The translations under genes were made by a program, and so were the position numbers. This document shows, in pieces, positions 1 to 8,633 of a DNA stretch of 64,000 bases (the stretch's first letter is position 1; every line of letters starts with the position of its first letter). Where the stretch lies: contig JANSWW010000001.1 in the NCBI GenBank assembly GCA_024743275.1, positions 414,300-478,299 of the forward strand, given 5' to 3'. The notes under the pieces are model-generated. The model did no database searches. It worked only from the letters and a program-made list of their open reading frames with translations, and was not told the DNA's origin. The DNA is from Alphaproteobacteria bacterium (GTDB taxonomy: Bacteria > Pseudomonadota > Alphaproteobacteria > JANSWW01).

Positions 1-432
1 GCGCGCCTCACCGACAAGGCCGAGGAGGAACCGAAGGCGCCTAGTTCCGGCCCGGAAGACAAGGCTGGCTCGGACCACGATGTCGCGGGGACCGGCCGGC
101 TGCAGGGCCTCAAAGACAGCCTGCCGCCGGACGCCTTCGCGAAAATGGTCGCCCTGCTGCCCGAGGAATTCGAAAAGCACATGCGCTCCATCGAGCAGGC
201 GGCGGTGAACATGGACTACGACTCGCTGCGCCGCGCCGCCCATTCGATCAAGGGTATGATGTCGAATTTCGGCTTCGACGACGTCTCGAAGTCCGCCTTC
301 ACGGTCGAACGGCTCAGCCGGGCGGCCGAAGAGGGCGGCGAGGTCGATCAGGTGGCGCTTGGCCGGCTGATCGCCGCCCTGAAGCTCAAGGAACCGGAAT
401 TGAAGCGGACCTTGAAGCGCATGAGCGGTTGA
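1..432 (+). CDS. 3' end of a protein with a C-terminal HPt (histidine phosphotransfer) domain, probably a hybrid sensor kinase; 5'-partial
   Basis: Frame is open from base 1; LRRAAHSIKGMMSNFG matches the HPt AHxLKGxxxxxG motif. Confidence 0.75.
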   Translation, partial: ARLTDKAEEEPKAPSSGPEDKAGSDHDVAGTGRLQGLKDSLPPDAFAKMVALLPEEFEKHMRSIEQAAVNMDYDSLRRAAHSIKGMMSNFGFDDVSKSAFTVERLSRAAEEGGEVDQVALGRLIAALKLKEPELKRTLKRMSG

Positions 433-512
433 TGCGTCGCCCGCGTCTCAGTATGTAACCCGCGCATTGTTCGTTTATCAGCTCGCCGCACCGTCCGTGC
501 CGGAAGGATCCC

Positions 513-1796
513 ATGCTTGACCGCCGCTTCATCGTTGAGAATGCCGACGCCGTCCGTGAGAACTGCAAGAATCGCGGCGTCTCGGTCGACATCGACCGAT
601 TCCTCACCCTGGAGCGGGAGACGCGGGAGAAGGATTCCGAGTTGCAGGTCCTGAACCAGAAGGCCAACGAGGTCTCCAAAACCATCGGCAAGGCGAAGGA
701 CGCGACCGAGCGGGAGGAACGGATCGCCGAGGGCCGTCGGCTGCGCGAAGCACGCGACGCCCTGAAGGAGGAGCTCGAGGCCCTCAACGCGGAATTCCGC
801 GAGGTCCACGAGGCGATCCCGAACATGTCCGACCCGGCGGCCCCCATCGGGGCCACCGACGAGGACAATGTCGAAATCCTTCGCGGGCAGACCCCGGTGC
901 CGTCCTTCGGTTTCGAGCCGAAGGACCATCTGGAGATCGGCAAGGACCTGGATCTCCTGGATTTCGAGACCGCGGCCAAGGTCACCGGTCATGGCTTCTA
1001 CTATCTGAAGAACGAGGGCGCGCTGCTCGAATTGGCGCTGCAGCAATTCGCGGTCAGCAAACTGATGGCCGAAGGGTTCACCGTGCTGACGACCCCGGAT
1101 CTGGCCCGCAACGACGTCTTGAGCGGCACCGGCTTCAGCCCGCGGGGCAACGAGACGCAAATCTACTCGATCGAGGGCACCGATCTCTCCCTGATCGCCA
1201 CCGCCGAAATCACGCTGGGCGGCGTCTACAAGGACACGATCCTCGAAGAGGAGAAGCTGCCGATCCTGCTCTGCGGTCTTTCCCATTGCTTCCGCACCGA
1301 GGCCGGCGCCCATGGAGCCGCGACCCGCGGCCTCTATCGCGTCCACCAGTTCTCCAAAGTCGAGATGTTCGCCTTCACCACGCCGGAACAGTCGGTGGAA
1401 GTCCACGAGACCATGTATCGGATCGAGCGGGAGATCTTCGACGCGCTCGGCCTCGCATACCGGGCGGTGGATATCTGCACCGGGGACCTCGGTGGATCGG
1501 CCTACAAGAAATACGATCTCGAGGCCTGGATGCCGAAGCGCGGCGAGAACGGGAGTTGGGGCGAGGTCACCTCGACCTCCAACTGCACCGACTATCAGGC
1601 GCGGCGCCTCAATATCCGCTGCCGGCCGAAGGGGGAGAAGGGAACCCGTCTGGTCCACACCCTCAACGGCACCGCCGTCTCCATGGCCAGGGCGATCCTG
1701 GCGATCCTCGAGAATTACCAGCAAGCCGACGGGTCGGTCCTGGTGCCGCAGGCGCTGCGGCCCTTCATGGGCGGCAAGGACCGCATCGCGCGCTAA
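513..1796 (+). CDS. serS: Seryl-tRNA synthetase
   Basis: N-terminal coiled-coil arm, TAE loop, class II motif 2 FRTEAG..RGLYRVHQFSKVE, motif 3 HTLNGT..AR..AILENYQ. Confidence 0.97.
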   Translation: MLDRRFIVENADAVRENCKNRGVSVDIDRFLTLERETREKDSELQVLNQKANEVSKTIGKAKDATEREERIAEGRRLREARDALKEELEALNAEFREVHEAIPNMSDPAAPIGATDEDNVEILRGQTPVPSFGFEPKDHLEIGKDLDLLDFETAAKVTGHGFYYLKNEGALLELALQQFAVSKLMAEGFTVLTTPDLARNDVLSGTGFSPRGNETQIYSIEGTDLSLIATAEITLGGVYKDTILEEEKLPILLCGLSHCFRTEAGAHGAATRGLYRVHQFSKVEMFAFTTPEQSVEVHETMYRIEREIFDALGLAYRAVDICTGDLGGSAYKKYDLEAWMPKRGENGSWGEVTSTSNCTDYQARRLNIRCRPKGEKGTRLVHTLNGTAVSMARAILAILENYQQADGSVLVPQALRPFMGGKDRIAR

Positions 1797-1907
1797 ACAA
1801 AGGTCGGCACCCGACCCCCAATACGACATACAGCCGTCGCATCGGGACAACATGACACGGCGGAACGCGGCTAGGCTGCCCCTTCCTCAACGAAGGATAC
1901 CCTTCCC

Positions 1908-3197
1908 GTGGCCGCCGCCCCCAAGACCGGATCGAAGTCCGGCTCCCTGACCGCTCTGCGCCTCGGTCCCCTTGTCGCGCTGTTCGCATCCCTCGGCATC
2001 CTGTTGGCCGGCAACGGGATTCAGGGGACGCTGCTGGCGATCCGCGCCAATCTGGAGGCCTTTACGGCGACAGAGATCGGCCTGCTCGGATCCGGCTTTT
2101 TCATCGGGTTCATTTTCGGCTGTATCTACGTCCCGCATCTCATCGGTCGGGTCGGGCATATCCGCTGTTTCGCGGCCCTCGCGGCCATCGGCGCGGCGGC
2201 CGCCCTGGTTCACGCCATCGTCGTGGAGCCGTGGACCTGGATCGTCCTCAGAGCCCTTTCGGGCTTCTGTATATCCGGCCTGAGCATGATCGCCGAAAGT
2301 TGGATCAACGCGCGGGCGACCAAGGAAACGCGCGGCCAGATCTTCTCGATCTACCGGGTCGTCGACATGAGCTGTGTGACCGGTGGCCAGTTCGTCCTGA
2401 CCCTCGCCGACCCGGCCGGCTTCGTACTGTTCTCGGTCTGCGCCATTCTGTTCACCCTGGCCGTGGTCCCGGTCAGCATGACCAAGACCCAGGCGCCGCC
2501 CCCGGTCCCGGCGGCGAAGTTCCAGCCCCTGAAGGCGTTCCGGATCTCCCCCCTGGGGGCCTTGGCGGTCGTCTCGGCCGGCCTCGTCAACGCGTCCTTT
2601 CGCAATATCGGACCGGTGGTGGGGCAGAATATCGGGCTCAGCGTCGCCGAGGTCGCGACCTTGATGGCGGTCTTCATCGCCGGCGGCGCCCTGCTGCAAT
2701 GGCCCGTGGGCTGGCTCTCCGACAAATTCGACCGCCGGCATATGCTGTTGATCCTGAGCGCCGGCGCCATGGCGTTCAGCGCCTGGCTGCAACTGGCCGT
2801 CGATGCCGATCCATCGGTCCTTTTCCTGGCGGCGGGTCTGTTCGGGGCCGCCGCGATGCCGATCTACGCCGTCGCCGTCGCCCACACCAACGACTATGCA
2901 AGTCCCGACGAATTCGTTCAGGTGAGTGCGGGTCTATTGCTGCTGTTCGCCGTCGGCGCCATCGTCGGCCCGCTGATGTCGGCGGTGCTGGTCGACTGGT
3001 TCGGAGCGGCGGGCCTGTTTCAGTTCACCTTCTGGGCCCATGCGCTGTTGGTCGGTTTCTCGCTTTACCGGATGACTGTCCGGGCGAGCGTGCCGCGGGC
3101 GCTGCGCCGCCGGGTGGTCGGCCTGATGCGGACCTCACCGGCGATCTTCAATCTCGACCCCCGCAGCGATTCCGACCGCTCCGGGGATCACGACTGA
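1908..3197 (+). CDS. MFS transporter (YcaD-like)
   Basis: About 12 hydrophobic segments; GRVGHIR, ESWIN and QWPVGWLSDKFDRR motifs. Confidence 0.9.
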   Translation: MAAAPKTGSKSGSLTALRLGPLVALFASLGILLAGNGIQGTLLAIRANLEAFTATEIGLLGSGFFIGFIFGCIYVPHLIGRVGHIRCFAALAAIGAAAALVHAIVVEPWTWIVLRALSGFCISGLSMIAESWINARATKETRGQIFSIYRVVDMSCVTGGQFVLTLADPAGFVLFSVCAILFTLAVVPVSMTKTQAPPPVPAAKFQPLKAFRISPLGALAVVSAGLVNASFRNIGPVVGQNIGLSVAEVATLMAVFIAGGALLQWPVGWLSDKFDRRHMLLILSAGAMAFSAWLQLAVDADPSVLFLAAGLFGAAAMPIYAVAVAHTNDYASPDEFVQVSAGLLLLFAVGAIVGPLMSAVLVDWFGAAGLFQFTFWAHALLVGFSLYRMTVRASVPRALRRRVVGLMRTSPAIFNLDPRSDSDRSGDHD

Positions 3198-3211
3198 GAT
3201 CAATCCTGAAA

Positions 3212-3784
3212 CTAGTCCATCGCCCCGGTGCGGGACGGATCGTTGCCGACGGTGGCACTCTCGATCACCCGGGCGCGGCCCGCCGCGAGGTCGAAGACCA
3301 GACGCGGAAAGCGGTCAAGATCCCGCCCGGTGACCCGCAGCATCCGGGCGCCATCCGGATAGTCGATCGCATGGATCTCGCCGACGTCGTACATGCCGAC
3401 CTCGCCAACCTCCAAGCGATAGGTGTCGGTGACCTTCAATTCAGCGTCGCCGGCCCCCTCGCCGCCATCGACCCGTTCGAAGCAGGTCATGTCGGTGTGC
3501 CCGACGGTCTGTCCGTAGACCGCCCAGCTCTCGCCGTGATCATGGGGCGGCGACTTGCGGGCCGGGTCGTTGACATGGGCCAGCACGACGAAGTCCATTT
3601 CAGCATCCTCGTGCAGACGATGGACGCCGATCTCGGCCTCCGGGCCGAAATGTTGGTCGACGAACGCCTTGTTTTCCAGCAGCTTGCGCATATTGTCGGT
3701 GACCGCCTGGATACCGGGGGTTCCCGGGTCCGTTCTGAGCGCTTCCCGGCAATCCTCGATGAATTGATCGAATGCGTACGACAT
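3212..3784 (-). CDS. Cupin-fold metal-binding protein, cysteine/thiol dioxygenase-like
   Basis: SPPHDHGESWAVYG and a later EIH give a 3-His cupin motif; start taken at MSYAFD, which follows an AAGGA RBS. Confidence 0.7.
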   Translation of the reverse strand: MSYAFDQFIEDCREALRTDPGTPGIQAVTDNMRKLLENKAFVDQHFGPEAEIGVHRLHEDAEMDFVVLAHVNDPARKSPPHDHGESWAVYGQTVGHTDMTCFERVDGGEGAGDAELKVTDTYRLEVGEVGMYDVGEIHAIDYPDGARMLRVTGRDLDRFPRLVFDLAAGRARVIESATVGNDPSRTGAMD

Positions 3785-3894
3785 TTCCTTCGCCTCTTGC
3801 TTCCCCTGCAAATCCCTAACCCTTTTGTGGATCCCACAGTAGCCGACGACGGGGCGCAAGCCTAGCACTGACAAAAATCCGCAAGGAGACCGCA

Positions 3895-4914
3895 ATGTCC
3901 GAAACAGCCCCCTCTCCGGAGATCGCCGTGATCGGCGCCGGCTATGCCGGCATGGCCTGTGCGCAGCGCCTGGCGGAGGCCGGACGGACGGTAAAGCTGT
4001 TCGACAAGGGGCGCGGTCCCGGCGGCCGTTCGTCGACCCGGCGCGGCGAGGCCGGCCGCTTCGATCACGGCGCGCCTTTTTTCGCCATGTCGGATCCTGA
4101 TTTCACGGCCGTCGTCGATCTATGGCGCGGGCATGGCGTGGCCGCCCCCTGGGAGGGGCGGTTCATCGCCGTCGATGGGTCGGGTACACCCGAGCAGCCG
4201 AGCCTGCCGGCCGTGATGGTCGGCATGCCCGGGATGAACGGCATCTTGAAATGGCTTGGGGAAGGCCTGGATATCGCGTTCGGAGTCCGGGTCAAGCGGA
4301 TCGTCCGGGAGGGCGACGCCTATCGTCTGGTCGCCGAGGACGGTGCCGACCTCGGCACCTACGGGCAGGTGGTTATCGCCGTCCCGTCGGTCCAAGCGGT
4401 TCCCCTGCTGGAGCAGGCCGGCGCCGAGGCCATGGCGCGGGCCGCCGAGACGGTCGAGGTCCAGCCCTGCTGGACGGTCATGGCCGCCTTCGCCGACGCC
4501 CCACCGGTTGCCTTCGACGCCGCCGAAGTGACCTCCGGGCCGCTGTCCATGGCCCTTCATCAGGAGAGCAAACCCGGCCGGGACCCGGCGGAACCCGGGA
4601 TGAGCACGTGGGTCCTCCACGCAAGCGATGCCTGGACCAGGGCGCATCTGGAGGACGACAAGGAGGACGTGGTGGCCCCCTTGCTGGATGCCTTCATGGG
4701 GATCGGCGGGCCGATCGACGAGCCGGTCTTCGCCACCGCGCATCGGTGGCGCTATGCCAAGGTGACCGGGCCGGCCGGCGTCAGCCATCTCTGGGACGGG
4801 AGTTTGGGCGTGGGGGCCTGCGGCGACTGGCTGCCGGACCATGATCCTCAACACGGGATCGAGGCCGCCTGGCGCTCCGGTTCGGCGTTGGCAGACGCGA
4901 TCCTTGAGGCCTAA
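3895..4914 (+). CDS. Renalase-like NAD(P)/FAD-dependent oxidoreductase
   Basis: GAGYAG Rossmann motif, DKGRGPGGRSSTRR, FDHGAPFF, HRWRYA, GACGDW; GGAG RBS. Confidence 0.88.
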   Translation: MSETAPSPEIAVIGAGYAGMACAQRLAEAGRTVKLFDKGRGPGGRSSTRRGEAGRFDHGAPFFAMSDPDFTAVVDLWRGHGVAAPWEGRFIAVDGSGTPEQPSLPAVMVGMPGMNGILKWLGEGLDIAFGVRVKRIVREGDAYRLVAEDGADLGTYGQVVIAVPSVQAVPLLEQAGAEAMARAAETVEVQPCWTVMAAFADAPPVAFDAAEVTSGPLSMALHQESKPGRDPAEPGMSTWVLHASDAWTRAHLEDDKEDVVAPLLDAFMGIGGPIDEPVFATAHRWRYAKVTGPAGVSHLWDGSLGVGACGDWLPDHDPQHGIEAAWRSGSALADAILEA

Positions 4915-5687
4915 AGGAACCCCGAGATCCCGTCATAGGTCAGCTTAATACCGGTCAGGAACAGGAAGATGTAGCAGAGCCGGTAGAACAGCTTCTCCGG
5001 TACCCGGTAATGGAGCTTCATGCCGAGGAACATCCCGAAGAGCGCCACCGGCAGCAGGACAGCCGAGGTGGTCAGGACCTGGACCGAGAACTGGCCGAGC
5101 AAGGCGTAGGGGATCAGCTTCACCAGGTTGATCGCCCAATAGAAGATGATCGTCGTCGACTGATAGACCGTCTTGTCGAGACCGAGCCGCAGAAGATAGG
5201 CGTTCACCGGCGGCCCACCGGCATGGGCGACGAAACTGGTGAAGCCGGAGACCCCGCCCCAGAACACGCCGCTGACCGAGCCCGGCGGGGAGCCCATCGC
5301 CTCGTCGCCGCCCCGGCGGTGCTTGATCCAACGCTCCAAGGTGAAGCCCAGGGCGATGAGCCCGATCAGAAGCTTGATCGTATCGTCGTCGAGGAATTCG
5401 AAGCCGGAGGCGCCGATCAGGATGCCGATCAGGGAGCCGCCCAGGATCAGCATCAGATGATGCCGGTTCCACTTCCCCCAAAACGCCTTCAGCCCCATCA
5501 CGTCCATGCAGCACAGCATTGGCAGCATGATCGCCGCGGCCACGGTCGGCGGCACCAGCAGGGTCAGCAGCGGCACGGCGACGACGCCGAGCCCGCCGCC
5601 GAAGCCGCCCTTGGAGATCCCGACCACGATCACCGCAACGATCGCGACGGCCAGAAAGACGGGGTCCGAAACCAGGCTGAAATCCAT
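4911..5687 (-). CDS. Sulfite exporter TauE/SafE family membrane protein
   Basis: GISKGGFGGGLG and GFTSFVAHAGGPP motifs, about 8 TM segments; start placed at MDFSLV. Confidence 0.88.
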   Translation of the reverse strand: MDFSLVSDPVFLAVAIVAVIVVGISKGGFGGGLGVVAVPLLTLLVPPTVAAAIMLPMLCCMDVMGLKAFWGKWNRHHLMLILGGSLIGILIGASGFEFLDDDTIKLLIGLIALGFTLERWIKHRRGGDEAMGSPPGSVSGVFWGGVSGFTSFVAHAGGPPVNAYLLRLGLDKTVYQSTTIIFYWAINLVKLIPYALLGQFSVQVLTTSAVLLPVALFGMFLGMKLHYRVPEKLFYRLCYIFLFLTGIKLTYDGISGFL

Positions 5688-5798
5688 ATCGTCGCGGGGT
5701 CCCTGGGAAATGGGGGCCGAAAGAAGTCCGGGCGGGCCTTCCACCCGTATCGCATCTTGACGAGAATAGGGAGGCCCCTGTCACGGGGTTCGACGCCC

Positions 5799-6698
5799 AT
5801 GGCACCGGCGATGCCGATCTTCGAAGAGGAAATCGTGGCGGACGATCCGCCACCGCAGGGGGAACAGGCGAGTGAGGAACTGGCCCGCGACTTCCGCGAC
5901 CGGAAAGACCTCGAAACCTATCTTCACGCCCTGTTCGACGATGTGGTGGGATCGCATGCGGACCGCCCCCATCAGGAGACCCTGTCCCCGTTCCCCGGCG
6001 GACGCGCTGAAGCCATAGACCGGCTGGCGGCCGTCAAACCGGCCCAATACAAGCGCACCCGCAACCATCTTGACGGGGCCGTCTCCAGGCTATCCCCCTA
6101 TATCCGGCACGGTATCCTGTCGCTCTCCGAAGCCCGTGACGACGTCCTGGAGCGTTCCTCCCCGGCCACTGCGGAGAAATTCGTCAACGAGCTCGCCTGG
6201 CGGGACTATTGGCAGCGGGTCTATGCCAAGATCGGCCACGGGGTCTGGGAAGACCGGGAGGAGTACAAGACCGGTTTCGTGGCGGCCGATTATGCCGATA
6301 CACTGCCCCCGGCCCTTGTCGCGGGTGAGACCGGGCTCGCCTGCATGGACGGGTTCGCCCGCGAGCTGGAGGAAACCGGCTATCTCCACAATCACGCCCG
6401 GATGTGGGTCGCCGCCTATGTGGTCCATTTCCTCCGGGTGAAGTGGCAGGCGGGCGCGCGCTGGTTCCTCGCCCATCTGCTCGACGGCGATCCCGCCTCG
6501 AACAATCTGTCCTGGCAGTGGGTCGCCAGCACCTTTTCGCGCAAACCCTATATCTGGAACCGGGAGAACCTCGACCGGAACACGGATGGCCGTTATTGCG
6601 CCGCCTGTCCCGCGCGCGACCGCTGCCCGTTAGATAAGTCCTACGAGGCGCTCACCGACGAGCTGTTTCCCAATCGGCCGGTGGAGGAGCGGACATGA
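5799..6698 (+). CDS. Short photolyase/cryptochrome FAD-binding (catalytic) domain protein with a Cys cluster
   Basis: VSRLSPYIRHG, ELAWRDYW, GYLHNHARMW, LLDGDPASNNLSWQWVAS; no N-terminal antenna domain; C-terminal YCAACPARDRCP. Confidence 0.88.
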   Translation: MAPAMPIFEEEIVADDPPPQGEQASEELARDFRDRKDLETYLHALFDDVVGSHADRPHQETLSPFPGGRAEAIDRLAAVKPAQYKRTRNHLDGAVSRLSPYIRHGILSLSEARDDVLERSSPATAEKFVNELAWRDYWQRVYAKIGHGVWEDREEYKTGFVAADYADTLPPALVAGETGLACMDGFARELEETGYLHNHARMWVAAYVVHFLRVKWQAGARWFLAHLLDGDPASNNLSWQWVASTFSRKPYIWNRENLDRNTDGRYCAACPARDRCPLDKSYEALTDELFPNRPVEERT

Positions 6699-7114
6699 CC
6701 ACGCTTGTCTGGCTCCACGACGACGCGCTGCGCATCCCGCCTGACCTCCGGGGCCAACCGGCGCTCTATGTTTTTGACGACGAGACCATCCGCGCGCGCC
6801 ATTATGGCCTCAAGCGCATCGGTTTCATCTACGAGACCCTTCTGACCCTACCGGTCGAGATCCGCCGGGGACCGACCGTGGAGACCGTCTTGGAGATCGC
6901 CCGGCGTGAAGGTGCCGAGGCGATCGCCTTGACCGGCACCCCTTGCCCCCATCTGACGGCGACGATCGAACAGGTCAAGGCGCGCTATCCGGTCCGGATG
7001 ATCGAGCCCACGCCCTTCGTCGTCCCGCACAAGAAGCTCGATCTCAAGCGTTTCAGCCGCTATTGGCACAAGGTGAAGGATCAGGCGCTGGAGCCGTCGG
7101 CCTCGCTTTTCTAG
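6695..7114 (+). CDS. Small protein resembling a stand-alone photolyase alpha/beta (antenna) domain
   Basis: LVWLHDDALR, ALYVFDD and KRIGFIYETL parallel the WFxxDLR, xFIFD and RxxFLxESL motifs of photolyase N-termini; ATGA overlap with the upstream gene. Confidence 0.7.
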   Translation: MTTLVWLHDDALRIPPDLRGQPALYVFDDETIRARHYGLKRIGFIYETLLTLPVEIRRGPTVETVLEIARREGAEAIALTGTPCPHLTATIEQVKARYPVRMIEPTPFVVPHKKLDLKRFSRYWHKVKDQALEPSASLF

Positions 7115-7211
7115 TCTTTTGATCACCCGTGATCGCAAACGGGTGAACCTTATTGAGAAACCCCTTATGCTCGACCATCTCCGATCGAGACCACAATAAG
7201 GGAGCCCACCC

Positions 7212-8603
7212 ATGCAACAATTGGCCGACTGCCGCGGCGTCGCCGTCACCGCATCCGACCGTAAAGCGATCGAGGGACTGGAACGGGCCCACGACATGGC
7301 GCTCGGCTTCTATGGGGATGCCATCGCGGAGATCGATAGGACCCTGGAAGCCTATCCCGACTTCATCATGGGGCATCTCTTCAAGGCGGCCTGGCTCACC
7401 CAGGCGATGGAAACACGGATCTATCCGATTATGGTCGGCGCCCTGGAACGGGCCGAGGCCAGGTGGGACCACGCCAACGACCGGGAGCGCGGCCATATGA
7501 AGGCCGTGCGGGCCTGGGTCGACGGGGACTTCTATCAGGCCGTACAGCATTGGGAGGCAGTCCTCGTCGAGGAACCGCGGGACCTTCTCGCCCTACAGCT
7601 CGCCCATCTGTCCGACGTCCTTCTCGGCGATGTGATCAATCAGCGGGATACGGTCGCCCGGGTCATGCCGGCCTGGACCGAGAGCATGCCGGGCTATGGC
7701 TATGTGCTCGGGTTCTATTCCTTCGGGCTTGAGGAAATGCGCGACTTTTCCGAGGCGGAGGAAGCCGGCCGCCGGGCCCTGGCGCTCAATCCGAAGGACG
7801 CCTATGCGATCCATGCGGTCGCCCATGTCATGGAGATGCAGGGTCGGCAGCAGGGCGGCATCTGGCTGATGAACAGCCGCAAGGAGGACTGGGCCAACGG
7901 CAACTTCAAGAATCACCTGTGGTGGCATAAGGCGCTGTTCCATCTCGACCTGCGCCAGGACGACGAGGTCCTGCAGATATATGACGGCGGCCTCAGGGGC
8001 GAATCCGATCCGGGGGCGGAGAAATATGAGGAGTTGGACGCGGCCGCCCTGCTCTGGCGCTGCAAGCTTCTCGGCATCGACGTCGGCAACCGCTGGCACG
8101 ATTTGGCCAAGTGCTGGGCGAGCAGCGCGGAGGACACGCTCTACGCCTTTAACGACGTGCATGCGATGATGGCCTTCGTGGCCGATGGGCGGAACGATCT
8201 TGCGGCCAAGATGCTCAACGCCAATGCCCGATACACCAAACATGCCAACGACGCCAATGTGGCGATGAGCCGGGAAATCGGCCTGCCCTTCTGCCACGCC
8301 CTGCAGGCCTTCGCCGAGGAACGTTACGCCGACGCGGTCGACCACCTGTTACCGGTCCGCTATCGCACCCACCGTCTCGGCGGCAGCCACGCCCAGCGGG
8401 ACGTGATTCTGTGGACCCTCCTTGAAGCGGCTTTGCGCGGCGACCGATACAAGCTCGCCCTCGCGCTCGCCAACGAGCGCTGCGCCCTGAAACCGACCAG
8501 CCCCGTGAACTGGACGTTCCGGGCACGCGCCCTGGAAGCCCTGGGCGACGCCACGGAAGCGAAACGCGCCCGCGCCCAGGCCGAGGTCTGCCTGGCGGCA
8601 TGA
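7212..8603 (+). CDS. TTC38-like tetratricopeptide-repeat protein
   Basis: YAIHAVAHVMEMQGR, HLWWHKAL, FNDVHAMMA and GGSHAQRDV are characteristic of the TTC38 family. Confidence 0.85.
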   Translation: MQQLADCRGVAVTASDRKAIEGLERAHDMALGFYGDAIAEIDRTLEAYPDFIMGHLFKAAWLTQAMETRIYPIMVGALERAEARWDHANDRERGHMKAVRAWVDGDFYQAVQHWEAVLVEEPRDLLALQLAHLSDVLLGDVINQRDTVARVMPAWTESMPGYGYVLGFYSFGLEEMRDFSEAEEAGRRALALNPKDAYAIHAVAHVMEMQGRQQGGIWLMNSRKEDWANGNFKNHLWWHKALFHLDLRQDDEVLQIYDGGLRGESDPGAEKYEELDAAALLWRCKLLGIDVGNRWHDLAKCWASSAEDTLYAFNDVHAMMAFVADGRNDLAAKMLNANARYTKHANDANVAMSREIGLPFCHALQAFAEERYADAVDHLLPVRYRTHRLGGSHAQRDVILWTLLEAALRGDRYKLALALANERCALKPTSPVNWTFRARALEALGDATEAKRARAQAEVCLAA

Positions 8604-8633
8604 CCGGGATAACGGTGGTGAGGAGAAGCGGCC

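Noticed and set aside
433..512. T-box or attenuator upstream of serS
   Set aside because: Only 80 bp, with no T-box consensus or terminator
5010..5798. Apparent 263-aa N-terminal extension of the photolyase ORF
   Set aside because: Antisense to the TauE gene with no antenna-domain motifs; the real start is near 5799-5811
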